A DNA stretch of 63,995 nucleotides, the filler included, from Bigelowiella natans CCMP2755 (taxonomy: Eukaryota > Protista > Cercozoa), in assembly GCA_000320545.1 (NCBI GenBank). It is 6 parts of 6 records of this genome, joined end to end, with 100 filler letters (N's around TTAATTAATTAA, not from the genome) between each part and the next. Parts side by side here need not be neighbours in the genome. Positions count along the whole stretch, not along the records: positions 20,655 to 49,787 come from ADNK01003544.1; positions 49,888 to 52,486 come from ADNK01001215.1; positions 52,587 to 61,164 come from ADNK01001483.1; positions 61,265 to 62,664 come from ADNK01003712.1; 2 more parts are not named here. One strand, given 5' to 3'. The translations under genes and the position numbers were made by a program. Positions within the stretch are counted from its first letter, which is position 1. Every line of letters starts with the position of its first letter. Positions 47,839-61,464 of the stretch are shown in pieces. The notes beneath the pieces are model-generated. The model was not told where the DNA came from. It saw only the letters and a list, made by a program, of their open reading frames with translations, and searched no databases.

Positions 47839-49787
47839 CTAAGCTGGACCATCAGCGACAATCGACCCATAACCTACATCTAATTTACTTATTTCTGCTT
47901 TCTTTCTTCTCTCCAAATCTTGGATTTGGCGACTACTAGCTGATAATACAATTGGAAATAAATTGAAGATGCTTTTGTCCTCCGAAGCGGCAGAAATTGT
48001 AATCGCTTTTGAGAATAATGTGATTATAATTAGGATTCCTGGTGCCATCATTAAAAATGCTAGGGATATTTGAAGAATAGTTATTCTCTCCAGAAAACCA
48101 CCACTAACCACAGTGTCGTCCTTCTTTAATATATTTACTTCAGATCCATTGTCCAATTTGAGATCATCGTGATGCTGCAGCAGTGTGGGAGGAAGCTGAC
48201 TGACGTCATTGTTGTCATCATCGATATCATCGTCATCATCAATTTTTTTCTTCACCATCTTCTCGGATGATGATGAAGATGATGATGATGCTACTTTTAC
48301 GTAGTCCATCAAATTACTACTCATATGACGATTTTCATGAGAAGCAGCTGGAGTCGTCATCATCGATGATGATGATGTTGATTTGTTCAATGAGGAGGCG
48401 GCCGATTGCTTTTGATCATCATATATCCATGGTAGCGTATTGATCTCATATAACATTGCACCTAATGGCCAACTGGTAGGATAGAGAATAGATTAGAATG
48501 AGAGAACCACATCATTACTAATGTCATCATACTACTACCTGCTATTATTTTTAGTGTCTATTTATGATATTGTGCACGTAGTGTGCTACAATTAAAAGAT
48601 TACCACGACACAAAACCTTCGATGAAACACTGAGTGTATTACTATTTTCACCTCCCTAGTTTCTCTTCTCTGCTCTCTGCTAACCTTCTTTTTCTGTGTC
48701 ATCATGTTTTTCTCTCTTTCTCACGTAAACAACATCGTAGAGTAGTTGGAATAATTCATTTATGTATTCAAAAAGGAAACAGTAGTCATAACATCGAAAA
48801 GACCAACTCACATCCTCACAATCACCTTCTTTCTTCTTTTCATGCGTATGTAGTGCTTTTTAGAGCAGTGCTAGTGCCACTATTAAGTACTTCCCACTAC
48901 CTCTACTACTACTACTACTACTACTACAACAACAACAACCAAACCTACTACTAATACTACTGTTACCCTATCTTGAGCTTTACACCTTCATATTCAACCT
49001 ATTTTTCAAATACGAAGCACACACACATACACACGCACACGTATGTGTCTATTCTTTCTTCTTCCATTAAAGTGAAGCAGCCAAACACTTCTAGTAGTTG
49101 TGAGTGAGTTTTACGAGCACAACATCAATCAACTACTAGCTGACTGACACCTTTCCAGTTGATGTAAGTTTCCTATCAATACCAAAGCCATAACCGTGGA
49201 AAAGCATCTAAACACACACACACACACACACAACGAGCGAGAGAGAGAAACAGAAATAGAGAGGTGTTAGAGAGGGGTCTTTCTTCACCACAACGATTGC
49301 TTTTGGTGCGTGCAGATGTGACTTACTGTAATCCCCCCCCCCCCCCTCCTCTTCCTCCACCTCGTCGCCTTCCTCCTCCTCTCCGGCCTCCCTGTCTTCT
49401 TCCACCACTTCTTCCTCCCGCATCCCTTCTCCAACCAATCATGTTCCCTATCAAACCCGAGATGTACTCCATTGGCGAAGACTGTGTTGTAGCATTTTTC
49501 TGGTCCTTGTTGTCCTCTTCCTCCTTTTCTTCATCGTCGCAAGGCACACAGGTCAGTTGCGGGCTGTCCACGCACTCCTTCCAGCTGCTGACTTGCCTCA
49601 CTCGTTCGTCGAAGATCGCTGCAGATTTCCCGCTCACACAGTACGATACACCTTCATGTTCCCTGTCCTCGATCACGTCGACTACTCCCACTGCAGCTGC
49701 TGCATTGCCATTCTCCGCCCCGGCTGCCGACGATGATATGATTTGCATGGCCTCCTACCTATCTCGAATCACAGGCAGCTGCTCGAA
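47839..49787 (-). CDS. Probable GDA1/CD39 nucleoside phosphatase (apyrase/NTPDase), 3' part
   Basis: Exons splice to MLFHGYGFG...VKLKIG-WPLGAMLYEINTLPW (ACR5-like W-x-LGA), then a low-complexity spacer and one C-terminal TM helix. The frame of the 49323-49787 segment is unresolved across a poly-C run. Confidence 0.6.
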
Positions 49788-49887
49788 NNNNNNNNNNNNN
49801 NNNNNNNNNNNNNNNNNNNNNNNNNNNNNNNTTAATTAATTAANNNNNNNNNNNNNNNNNNNNNNNNNNNNNNNNNNNNNNNNNNNN
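49788..49887. other. Artificial contig linker
   Basis: N44-TTAATTAATTAA-N44. Confidence 0.97.
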
Positions 49888-50035
49888 GTTGGATCCTGGA
49901 GAGGTGCTAGATGTAGCCGTGGACGATATCGTCATCAGCCTGGGATCGTACTTTCGAGAAGTTATGCTCTCGATTAAGGAGAAAGGTTGCGTGCTGCTGG
50001 TGGTGATGATGATGGTGATAAGGATATGATGATGG

Positions 50036-50066
<31 letters not shown>

Positions 50067-50245
50067 GGTGATGATGCTGATGATGATGATGATGTTGTGG
50101 GTGACGGTGGTGATGATGGTGATGAAGATGATGATGGTGATGAACGACGATGATGAGTAGGGTACAGATTGTTACATTTCGCGTCTACACCTACTACTAC
50201 TACTACTACTACTACTACTCCTTCTGGATGCATGATAACTATAAT

Positions 50246-50281
<36 letters not shown>

Positions 50282-50843
50282 TTATAACACAGGCATTACG
50301 AACGAAGAACGCGCCTTGAGGCAATATGAGATCTACAGGAAGTACCGAGGTGATGCAGTAGCTTCTTGTATAGCAGCCATTGTAGCGACGGCGAGAGTTC
50401 CTAACGACAAGCGTCGCTGCTGCCTTCTATCCCGATGTAACACGTGAGGGAGTCATGCCAATCAAACACGCGCAATGCTTGTGATATACTGCAGGACAAG
50501 CCGACCTCATTGCGGACCGGATCACGGAAGTGGCCCTTGCCAAAAACGCCTCGATTTGCATGGAAACCACGGGGAGAGAGCTCTACTGGTAAGAGATAAA
50601 TTCTCTCAGCTAAATTTATATTTATGGATTTTCAGTAATCGAAATAGCCGTGAGAGGAGTGCCTCATCAATAAGATGCCCCCCCCCCCCCCCCCCTCTCC
50701 AAAAAGGGGAGGAATGCTACTTTGGAGGCCCCAGCGAGAGGGGATAAAAATCGGGGGGGGGACCCGTACCCAACGCTCGCCCAGCTTATAAATCGGACTA
50801 TGGAGAGGTGAAGCTCTCATTTATAAACATACACGTTAATGTA

Positions 50844-50885
<42 letters not shown>

Positions 50886-51965
50886 AGAGCAGAGCTTTTA
50901 CGTCAGTATATTGCCACGAGAGAGGAAGAAGAGAGCCGTGTTTGTTTTCAAAGGATGATGCCGTTTCCACGATAATTCGAAAAGCCCAATCAACGCACGC
51001 ATTACATACAGCTCACAGTATAGAGCCCCCACCGACTCTGGTTGCAATCATCGATGACTGACGAGTGCGTGTGCGTGTGCGTGTGCGTGTGTGTGCGTGT
51101 GTGTGTGGTTGCTTGCTGCTGAATTTTCGTAAAAAGAGCGGAGTCGAGCATGAGCTCGGGGTTTGGCAGGGGTATTCACCCAATGGCGATTAGCGACATT
51201 TGCCAGCGGTCCCAGCTCAATTTCTTCGATCTCCTTGAATCCGAGGGCGTCGAGTCCGGGGCAGTGATTGACAACACCGTCGGCATGTTTGAGCCCAAAC
51301 GTGCGTTGTTTGAGTGGCAGAGTAACGACCCCGAGGCCGCCGGCATCGACCGCGGCGCAGTGGGCGTGAAGTGTAGCTTTCCCACGGAGCATGCGGGGGA
51401 GGGCCTTCATAAGGTACCTCGTCACGTCGAGGATCATGAGCGGCTCGAGAGCTTCTCCCGCCATTGGTACGATCACTTCCGGACTCTCTGCACCAACTTC
51501 GAGCGGAGATATCAGCTGAAGAAAAGCTTCCATCTCTGGGGGGATGCGGAGGAGAAGGAGGGGGGGGGAGGGGGTAGCGATGGCGAGCAGGAGCACCAGT
51601 CTCACTTGCCGCCATCATCATCGTCATCGTCATCATCATCATCATCATCATCGTCATCGTCATCACCATCGTCGCTTTCTGACTCTATGGTAGTGGCTAG
51701 CAGCATACCTCACTCGCCCCAAGAAGACCCGATGAGACCTTCCTCATCGTCGTCATCATTATCATCATCTTCGCCGTTATCATCATCATCATCATCCTCA
51801 TCCTCATCCTCATCATCATCACCATCATCATCATTCTTGCCGTCGCCTGCAACTACTTCGCCGGACTCGATGCACATCCCCACGCACTTGCGCAAGAGAC
51901 TTGTCATCTTTGACTTCGATGGTAAGCTTCCAACCGTTTGTGTGATAAAAATAAATAATATACAC

Positions 51966-52025
<60 letters not shown>

Positions 52026-52486
52026 AATTATGTGCATTGCCAACCTCCAACAGCCGAATGCAGAGTTAAAAAGACCCCCACCATACGCGTCCTATTCTCG
52101 CTCACTCACTCACTCACCCACTCTCTGCAGGCACACTGTTCCGTACCCCCCTCCCCCCCCCCTGGTGGAGCTACCGCTGGTGGGACAACCCAGACTCTTT
52201 AAATCCTCCCACGGTGCCATTAGAGGTGGGGGAGGACTGGTGGGTTGAGCACGTCGTCCACGACGCTTTACGCGCAATCGATGATCCTGATACCATCGCG
52301 GTGCTGATGACTGGGCGGAAGGAGCTTCTCTTTCGGACAAGGATTGAAGGCCTCTACATCAGGTTGGATGGTGGCGGCGCCCGAGTGCGTCGCCCCCCGT
52401 ATACTTCCTCGTTTTTTTTTTTTTTGAAACGAAGAAACTCACAATGTAGATTCGCGCGCGGCCGGGGGGAACGAGCGGATCACCGA
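49888..52486 (+). CDS. Partial gene: zeta-toxin-like P-loop kinase domain fused to HAD (Swiss-Army-Knife RNA-repair type) phosphatase domain
   Basis: Spliced: VAVDDIV...ALAKNASICMETTG...YPTLAQLINRTMERAELLRQGIHP...SQLNF...VIDNT (kinase-like), a Ser-rich linker, then RLVIFDFDG-TLFRTP...WW...WW...AVLMTGR (HAD motifs I/II). Both ends are truncated and Walker A is not in the contig. Confidence 0.7.
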
Positions 52487-52586
52487 NNNNNNNNNNNNNN
52501 NNNNNNNNNNNNNNNNNNNNNNNNNNNNNNTTAATTAATTAANNNNNNNNNNNNNNNNNNNNNNNNNNNNNNNNNNNNNNNNNNNN
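52487..52586. other. Artificial contig linker
   Basis: N44-TTAATTAATTAA-N44. Confidence 0.97.
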
Positions 52587-52617
52587 ACATATATATATAT
52601 ATATATACTTATATCAG

Positions 52618-52712
52618 GTCTCTCTCGATACAAACCTCGGAGAGCTCTCACGGCTATTCAACAAGGTCAAAAAATTGTTGAAGCGTCAGATATTTTTTTT
52701 GTTTTTGTGTGT

Positions 52713-52753
<41 letters not shown>

Positions 52754-53145
52754 GCGTGTGTGTGCGCGTGTACATGCATACATTATCGCCACATAGTCGA
52801 AGGTGTATGCAGTTATAATCTGTCACGTTTGCTTAATCCGCGATGTGTTCCCCCCGTCGTTTTTCCTCTTGCTGCTGCTGCGAAACAGGACCACTTCGCG
52901 CTAGTAGAGGCCGGGCAAATGAGCTTCAAGGGCAAGCAGGATGTCTCGAAGATCAAGGTGCGTCGAGGCATTTACGTGTATATATAATATCATGTATGTT
53001 TTCCTCGCCATCGGAGCAATGCTAGTAGTAAGTAAGAGCTGCGATTGGGGGGGGGGCTGAGGCCCTACCGACGATACGCGGCAATCCTCGTATGGCGTTT
53101 CGTTCTGCGACACGGCTTTCTGTGAAGTCGTAGGATGAAATTCTC

Positions 53146-53185
<40 letters not shown>

Positions 53186-53472
53186 ATCTGTCTCTATGCG
53201 CGTGCGTGTGTGTGTGCACGTTTCTTGTGTTTTCCGTGTTTAATGCGGCAGAGACAGGTCAATGGTGATAAGAAATGCTCATATTGAGTATGCTGAATTG
53301 TGATGACAACTCTCTCTTCCTCCCTTGCTCGTCGATGATTCTCCAATAGGTGCTTGTTGGCGTTGTTACCCGCATCGACCTCCTCGATTACATCACACGA
53401 AACACAAAGACCACGGCCGCTCACGGCAGCAATGGAGGGGAGAGCGGCAAGTGCCCCCGCTCAAAGTTGTGA
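52618..53472 (+). CDS. CBS: Cystathionine beta-synthase, 3' end (C-terminal CBS domain)
   Basis: Three exons give VSLDTNLGELSRLFNK-DHFALV...-VLVGVVTRIDLLDYI...*, typical of the cystathionine beta-synthase regulatory domain. Confidence 0.8.
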
Positions 53473-54202
53473 TGAGCCCCGAGAAACATCTGATACGTGA
53501 ATGTTTACGAACTTAATAAGCATTAAGATATAATCGTTCATGTTTGCCATTAATTATTGTCCTCGATGCCTCTCGCTGTAAGTGCATGGATGCTGACTCA
53601 GAGCCACGCTTTGATTCGCTACTCTCGTGAAATGTCAACGATAGCGCTGGATTAGATCTTCTGTTAGCTATGTATATGGTGGAGAACATTGGTCGATTGT
53701 GATGTCGCATATGTTTCATTTTACTCGCAGCATCACATTATTCGCATCGAACGAATAGGTAGAGCTATAGAGGAAACTACACATTTGAGATTTGCATATT
53801 TGCATTTGTGATATGCATGTATCCGACTTAATTGCTCTATAAACTCCGCCGGCAGTCATCTGTGTGCCTCTAGCTTTCGTCTCGCGCGTATAGCAGTGCG
53901 CACGACAGGCATTGCTAGACCTGCGAGTGTGCACGTGCACCATTCAACATTATCATCTATCGTAGCCGTTGCATAGCTAGATAGCACAGCTACATCTAGT
54001 ACATGCCAGCATGAGGATGACAATCTAGAATTGAACAAACATAATTTGATGTATTCATCTGTTTTACATCTAGACAAGTGCACATGGGTATGAGCAGCGC
54101 ATATGCGTGCGCATACGGACATGCTACATCGCAGCAGTAGGCGCATCTAGCTAGCTAGGCAGCACATGTACGTTACATTAGACACTATCCCGCAAATCTC
54201 GA

Positions 54203-55100
54203 TCACATGCGCGGTTGGTATGTCATTCGCATGCCTTCGGTCGTGTGTATCGTCGCCCCTGTGGTCATCCCGATGTTCTGCCCCTTGACGAGCTGGAAGT
54301 CAAACTTGCGGACTAGGACCGAGAGCGCTGTGTACGCCTCAAGGAGCGCAAATTGGTCTCCGATGCATTTACGTGCCCCCCCACTGAAAGGAATGTAGTG
54401 GAAGTTGGTGTTTTTCTCGTTGGGGTTGTCCCTTGGTCCGCTGTATGATGACCTGCAGTTTGAGGGCAAGGGGAAGGGGGGGGGAGAAAGACACATCGGC
54501 ATAAACGGCTGTAGCCAAGGAGGTGGGGAGGCGCGCGCGAAAGCGCCTCTCTCGCACGCGTGTGGGGTTAAGGAAGTATGGTGTAAGTATGTACGAATTT
54601 CCTTCATATGGCAGGACTCGGGTTACGACAACAAAAAACGCACACTCACACGCACACGCAAGTTCAATCAGACTACCATCTCTCAGGCTGAAAGCTGTCC
54701 GGATCGTCCCACACCGACGGGGAATGGTGCACGTTATAGATGGAGATCATGACGTCCTGGAGAAAGTATGAGGGGGGGGGGATTGGGGGGGGGGGTGAGA
54801 CACGTCAGCATATTTTCAAGCTACGATGTTGATATGTTTTAAGGTAATCTAATAAGACCGGTGCTCTACAATGCCATCTACTACCAAAAGCTGTGGTTTG
54901 CTGCAACCATGCACGATGATGCGACTGACCTGGCCTTTGGGGACTTTGTACCCGCTGGGTAACGTGTCATCTTCCAACGCTCTCCGAATCAACACGGGGG
55001 GGTGAGGGTAAAGGCGCATCGACTCTGCCACGCACCTAAGAGAGAAGGAGAAAGAGAGAGAGAGAGGGAGAGAGAGAGAGAGAGATTGGGATAGAGAGAT

Positions 55101-55140
<40 letters not shown>

Positions 55141-55729
55141 TGGAATCTCTGTCCCCCCCACCCACCACTTGAGGTAGTTGAGGGAGAGCATATCGTCTAG
55201 GGTCAGGGAGGAAACGCCCTCTTCGCTATCCAGCTTTGAGCCAAGAATCGAATCGATCTCCTGTGATCACGACGGCAGTTGTGAAGAAGAAGAAGAAGAA
55301 GAAGAAGAAGATGATGATTGATGATCACGGTGAAGATGATGAAGATGATGAATACAGTACATTAAAAAACAAAGTTGGTATGGCTACTCTTTTGACTCTG
55401 ACTGAAGTAAATCGAAAGGAAAACAAGGAAATGGTTTATCCCGCAACAATAGCCATCGGCTATAAGCAGCTCTTCTATATCTTTTATTCATCAGCCATCA
55501 GACAGGTCCCCCATCGTAGAAGGATCGAGAGACTGTAACCTACCTCTTGCAGCCGATTCATCTTCTCTGGGTGCTTGGTGAGAAGATACAACGTCCTTTC
55601 AAACCAAAGAGAAGAAGAAGAAGAAGAAGGAGAATGAGAGGGATAGGAAGAAGAATTCGATAGCTTTGTGGGGGTGGGCGCGTAAGAGGAGTCCAGTCGA
55701 TGAAAGCAAAAAAGTAACAGACTATATTG

Positions 55730-55815
<86 letters not shown>

Positions 55816-55836
55816 AACACGTGCGTGCGCGCACAC

Positions 55837-55904
<68 letters not shown>

Positions 55905-56060
55905 AAATGTGCAGGCACCATGTCAGCACAGATCCCGTGGTTTCATGCCCTGCGACAAGCATAGATAGAAGGTCGTCCCGCAGTTGCGAAGACGTGACCT
56001 ATCGATGGATAAAGGTATATAGGTAATGATTATCACGTGTGAGCTTCATCAAAGCATTCA

Positions 56061-56127
<67 letters not shown>

Positions 56128-57232
56128 CTGTGCTATCCTCACAACCGCATACACTGATTCGAAACTGCTACAACAAAACGTCTCTTGAACGAAATGGCGG
56201 CGGTTGGTAGGTGGCGACGATGTGAAATGGCCCACCTCCTCACGGCTGGCAATGAGAAAACGAAGCACAGAAGGATCAGACTCGGATATATAATCATCCT
56301 CGTTGAACGACCCAGCGACCCCAGTTGCCTCCTCAGCCTGCAGGTGTAGGGGCAAAAACGCGATTAGGTGGTAGAGAGGGGGGGGGGGGGGGAGAGAGGG
56401 AGGGATGTGAGTGCGCGCACGCGCGTGCGCGTGCGCGAGAGAGAAATAGAGAGACAGAAAGTTTGTGTGGAGTAAGATGAACTATACAAGCGACAGAGTA
56501 GTAGCAGGTGGTGGCGTGGCTGACCTCTAGCTGTTTCCTGCAGTTCTCAATTAAGTCCTCCGTTGTCTTCCTAATTAATGCGACCGCGTCTTGCGCTGCG
56601 AGAGCGTGTTAGGTTCATCGGCACCCGAACGCCCCGCGACATGGTCAGTGCAGCGGAGAAAATAGCATGAATAGTACCGATGAGTTTATGATGCTCCGTG
56701 GTAGGGAGGGGGAGGAGGAGGGGGGGGGGGATGAGGATGCAACATTCTTTTGAAAAATGACAAGAAAGTAAGCTCCTAGATGTGCCTGCATTTTAGGCTT
56801 GGACGCAGCGTACTAGTTCCATATAAAAACGCATGATGGGATTGAACGTGAGGAGACAACAAACATGAGCACCTTCTCTTTGCCGGGGCGAGACACTTCT
56901 GGCCACATCATCACCAAGCTTCCAAACGGGCAGAAAGTCGAGTGAGCGGCGTTCGGTCTCCTTCAAGGCAGCATAAACGGCGGATATGACCTATAGGGGA
57001 GGAAAAGGGGGGGGGGGGGGGGTAGCGTAAAATGGGTTTCGATGTCCAATGAACCTCTTTGTCATTTTGCGTTGTTGCGATTTTGCGGCTACTATCACCT
57101 CATTGTCCTCCGTGCTTCCAATGCTGTTAAAGTCGTAGTTGAAGACGGCTTTGCCGATTATATCCAGGGTGAGTTCCGAGAACACCTTGTATGCGAAAGA
57201 AGGACATGTGATATGTCACACTATACATATTT

Positions 57233-57275
<43 letters not shown>

Positions 57276-57992
57276 ACACGCACACGCACACATATATACA
57301 TATTCAAACATGCGGTGGTGGGTGAGCACGCGCACGGCTGTGCGCGTGTATGCGCGCGCGCGCGCGCGCACGTATGGGTTGTTTTAACATTGCGTGAAAT
57401 ATACACACGCGTGAAAGGCAGACCTTCTCCATGTTCACTTCGCTATTCGATGGCTGTGCCGCTAGTATCTTCAAAAAAATATAAAAATCACGCCTCATCT
57501 CCCCCCCCCCTCGGCACCAACAAAACCAAGAACTGGAGGGCAGGGAGAGGATGAAAGCACGACAAGAAGAGCAGAGCAGCGAAACGGCCTCTGTAAGATT
57601 GTACTACCTTGCTTGTGCGCAGCGAGCAATCAGCAAATACCCTACTCACCATCTTGTCCAAGTATTTTCTGTGTAAAGACTATGCGCCGAGAGAATCACG
57701 GCATCATCACACAGAGCACGCAGATAGGAGGCGAGGGAGGGAAAGGGGGAGAGGGGGAGAGGAGAGTAAGTTTGGACATATTGGTATGATCGTTAGAATG
57801 TAAGAGAAATGGATCATTTTCGCGGCGTCTCCATGTCCGTTGGGCACATGTTGGAGCAGTCACACCGAATCGGCGTTTCATGGCTAATGAACTTGAAGAA
57901 TTCGACTTCATCATCACTAATCTATGCTGTCTTACACTATGTAGCAGCACTGTGCAGCAGAGGGAGAGCACAGATGTAAAAATACGTATACG

Positions 57993-58033
<41 letters not shown>

Positions 58034-58483
58034 GTATATTATATTTTATTTACAAGTTTTGTAACACACGCCACATAACACATAACGACCGACCGGAGAG
58101 ACGGCCCGACGTCGGATCTTCCATTTCTCCCCATCCGCAACAGCGAACCTGAACGCATTGGCGACGCCTACTCAGTACTGCAAACCATGCATCTAAAGCC
58201 TGCCTAAAATATCTCAGAGCGCCTGAATTGTCACCGAATCGAGGCGGCAGCCAACGCGTCGTAGACCAATTCAAGCCAGTTGGAAAACATCACAATTTTT
58301 ATTGCTTTCCACCACGGGTATTAAGGATATCACGCACACACACACACACACACGCATAGGCACTGTACCCGTCGCCAAAGAGGAACTCAGAGATCTCCCT
58401 AACAAGGCCTGATAAATATTAGCAAAGACATGGAAATTCCTTAGCCACACACACACACATGCACATGCACATGCACACACTGT

Positions 58484-58557
<74 letters not shown>

Positions 58558-60578
58558 CTTCCTACCTTTCTCGTATGTTTTGTAGCTATTGAGTACATGC
58601 TTTGCCGATGCGGGGTCGGAAAGCACAAGGAAACTTGACGTCGGCCCTTGAATATCAGCAGCGAGCATTTGAAGTAGCATAGGAAGGATAGAAGGGATAT
58701 CATCGGTTGTTTGCCGGTTTGGTAATTTTTTTAGATCCCTCTCTGTCTCTTCCCCCCCCCCCCCCCCCCTTCCCCCCTCCCCTTTCGAAGCGCGCTATAT
58801 TTCACGTAAAACTAATGAGTATTATGTATTTATACATATATATATATATATATATATATAGGTCGCCGGACTTACACTAACCAGGGGGGGGGGAAAAAGC
58901 AGAACCATATAGTTCTTGGAAGCGTTTTAGCACGAGAAACAGTGCCCCCCCAAAGAGTTCGCCTATATCCGATGGCTATGGGAGGGTAGAAAGGGGGGGG
59001 AGGGGCGGAGGGGGAGGGGATTCGATATTGACTGAATATTTCGATAAATAAAGATATAGAATGATCCAATGTGCAGCGGAGGCAGCTGTATTGCGAGCGG
59101 CTCAATACCACCTTATAAACCGCGACAGGGATTTCCGACTGCCCCAACCACAAACGACCCACCTGCGACGCCACAACAACGACGAGGGCATACAGCAATC
59201 AAAGAGATGTCATTATTGGGGTTATTATGTCGGTGCAGAGCAAGTGCCACCCACATGGAGGCAATGGCGTTTGCGAGAAGGAAAGACGCCCGCTACCCCG
59301 CTATGGCGAGGGAGGACAATGAGAGCGAACGACCTCTCCAAAGTTGACGTTCCCCCTGTACCATGGCGAGGGGGCTTCAGCATCGACGCCAAGTCGCTTC
59401 TCCAACCTTGAGTGTGCATGCACGGTGGGGGTAGTAGCAATCAGGGGCATGTTGGGTATGAAGGAATACGCGACGAGCAAGTGTATCAAAAATGCTTCCC
59501 CGAATAGGTTATATATGCACTCAGTGAATTCTGCATGATATTGAAATCTACCATTTCTTCCTTTTGGGATTAGTCAGATCTTTCTGTGACCCTTTATCCC
59601 CCCCCCCTCCCCCCTAGTGTGTCTTTTGTGGAAGACGTAATACTACCTCTCCAGCTGGTCTAGACGTTCCAATTTCTGTTTGAGCTCATCAACTGACGCG
59701 ATTGCTTGGTATCTACGACAATGGGTGGTGGGGTGTGAGCACAATTGAAACGATTTATTAAGAGAGCGTGCGTGTGTTTCCCCCTCCACTCTCATCACCC
59801 CCGCCCTCCCCGGAACGAGTCATGAAAGAATGAATTGTATGATGGCTGCCCTGTTATAGCACTTACTCGGAAAGTTTCTTCTCAATTCTCTCGAGCCGCC
59901 CATTAAGTTTTTCCGTTGCCTCGAGAAGGTCAGGAATAGCCTGCAAAGGTGTCGTCAATTTAGCCAATGCTGCTCTAGGAAATTCGACAAGAACGAAGAA
60001 GCGGCAGGGAGAATGACAGCACAGCTATGGCGGTTGCAAGATGGCATTCTCGCTAAAGCTATACTGAAAGAACCAGTGACTGATATCATGGCATGTGTTG
60101 ATTATTCTCTCTTATTTCCCCTTCAAAAAAGTCATCGTCTAGGAACGAACCGTATCTGCAGCTCCTATTGTAATGGATTCTCCCCCTGGAGAAGCGGAGG
60201 CAGAAGGCACGCTCGTAGAGCTACCATCGTGATCTCCACGGTTACTTCCTGCGAAAGATCATCGTATGAGAACGCAAAGAGGCATTTCCCTCATTGCACA
60301 TTCAGCATACCTGCGCCAACTACGTTCGACTCCTTGGTCATTGGATCTGCCTCCGTAACGCGGCATGGAGCAAGCGGCTTTCGCAGTCGAAGAGACGCAG
60401 AACGTGCACCCGAACGACCTCGGAAAGCGGACTGATGATACCCTACCTTGCTTCTCCGGAGAGATTCGAGCCTCCTCCCCCCGCCGGGGAATATTCGTGT
60501 CTGTGTACGCACCAGCTTTGTTGGAGATGCAGGTACCGCGGGGATAAGGGCCAGGACGATAAAGTAGAGGGCGCTCAT
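54203..60578 (-). CDS. CYP97C: Cytochrome P450 CYP97C-type carotenoid epsilon-ring hydroxylase (LUT1-like) with bipartite plastid-targeting leader
   Basis: [78 protein letters not shown], heme motif [15 protein letters not shown] and [10 protein letters not shown]. The 5' exons splice in frame up to the signal peptide [17 protein letters not shown] and an R/S-rich transit-like region. Confidence 0.9.
55735..55898. repeat. Compound (CA)n(TA)n microsatellites, representative of dozens of intronic SSRs ((TA)n, (CA)n, (GA)n, (CAT)n, (TAC)n, poly-G/C)
   Basis: Directly visible. Similar tracts at about 533-588, 15093-15165, 37025-37112, 38995-39074 and 56063-56124. Confidence 0.95.
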
Positions 60579-61164
60579 CGTAGGGAGGCGGAAGGAGAAA
60601 GGGGGGGTGGTCACGAGACACGAGGACACTTGGGGTGGATTCAGCTCTAATTTTGATCGAAAAATAAGGTGAATCTTTCAAATATAATGCCTTTTTTTCG
60701 AACGACTACTTGAAATCCTTGTCGCTATTAAAATACGTAACTTCCATAGCTCCTGAAAGCCTCAGATGCCCAACAGGGGTGATTTCGGAAAATCATAGTA
60801 GCATATTTTCTCGATATATTATTACTTGCGACAAGGATATACTGATGTCGCTCAACCAAAATGAGTTCGAAGGAACAGGATCTTCTTCCATTACTTGAGT
60901 CTGAATATCACAACTTGCAAAATGACGACCGCATCCGTCTCGACGCCGCTGATGGAGGTATCGCCACACAGCGCGCACTTGAAAAAACAAGGAGCGGATA
61001 GTCAACAGGAACATTATAGGGATATTGTGCCCATCAATATGTGATTCGCTTAAGAGCAGGAGTGAATCTAACCCCCTCCCGCCACATACAGAAACCGGTT
61101 CCCTGCGCACTTATCATCACCAATTTTAGCATCAGGGAGGAGGGGGGTAGAGAGGGTCAGATTA

Positions 61165-61264
61165 NNNNNNNNNNNNNNNNNNNNNNNNNNNNNNNNNNNN
61201 NNNNNNNNTTAATTAATTAANNNNNNNNNNNNNNNNNNNNNNNNNNNNNNNNNNNNNNNNNNNN
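61165..61264. other. Artificial contig linker
   Basis: N44-TTAATTAATTAA-N44. Confidence 0.97.
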
Positions 61265-61384
61265 ATGATGATGGTGATTACCAACAGCATAACAAGAAAG
61301 ACATAGGGAGTGAGGACTATGGCGAATCGTGGTGGGGTTAGTTGTTTGTAAAAATTAGTATCTCTTCTCTCTCTTTTCTTGTGT

Positions 61385-61424
<40 letters not shown>

Positions 61425-61464
61425 GGCAGCGTATATTACCCTATATTATTACAGATCTCCGCAC

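Noticed and set aside
50678-50765. Apparently garbled exon in the kinase gene suggesting a pseudogene (similar case at 58883-58900 in CYP97C)
   Set aside because: Adjacent to long poly-C/poly-G runs where sequencing errors are likely. Flanking exons are intact.
60793-61110. 105-aa minus-strand ORF, possibly the last exon of an upstream gene
   Set aside because: Frame ambiguous, no recognisable motif, and the contig ends immediately upstream.
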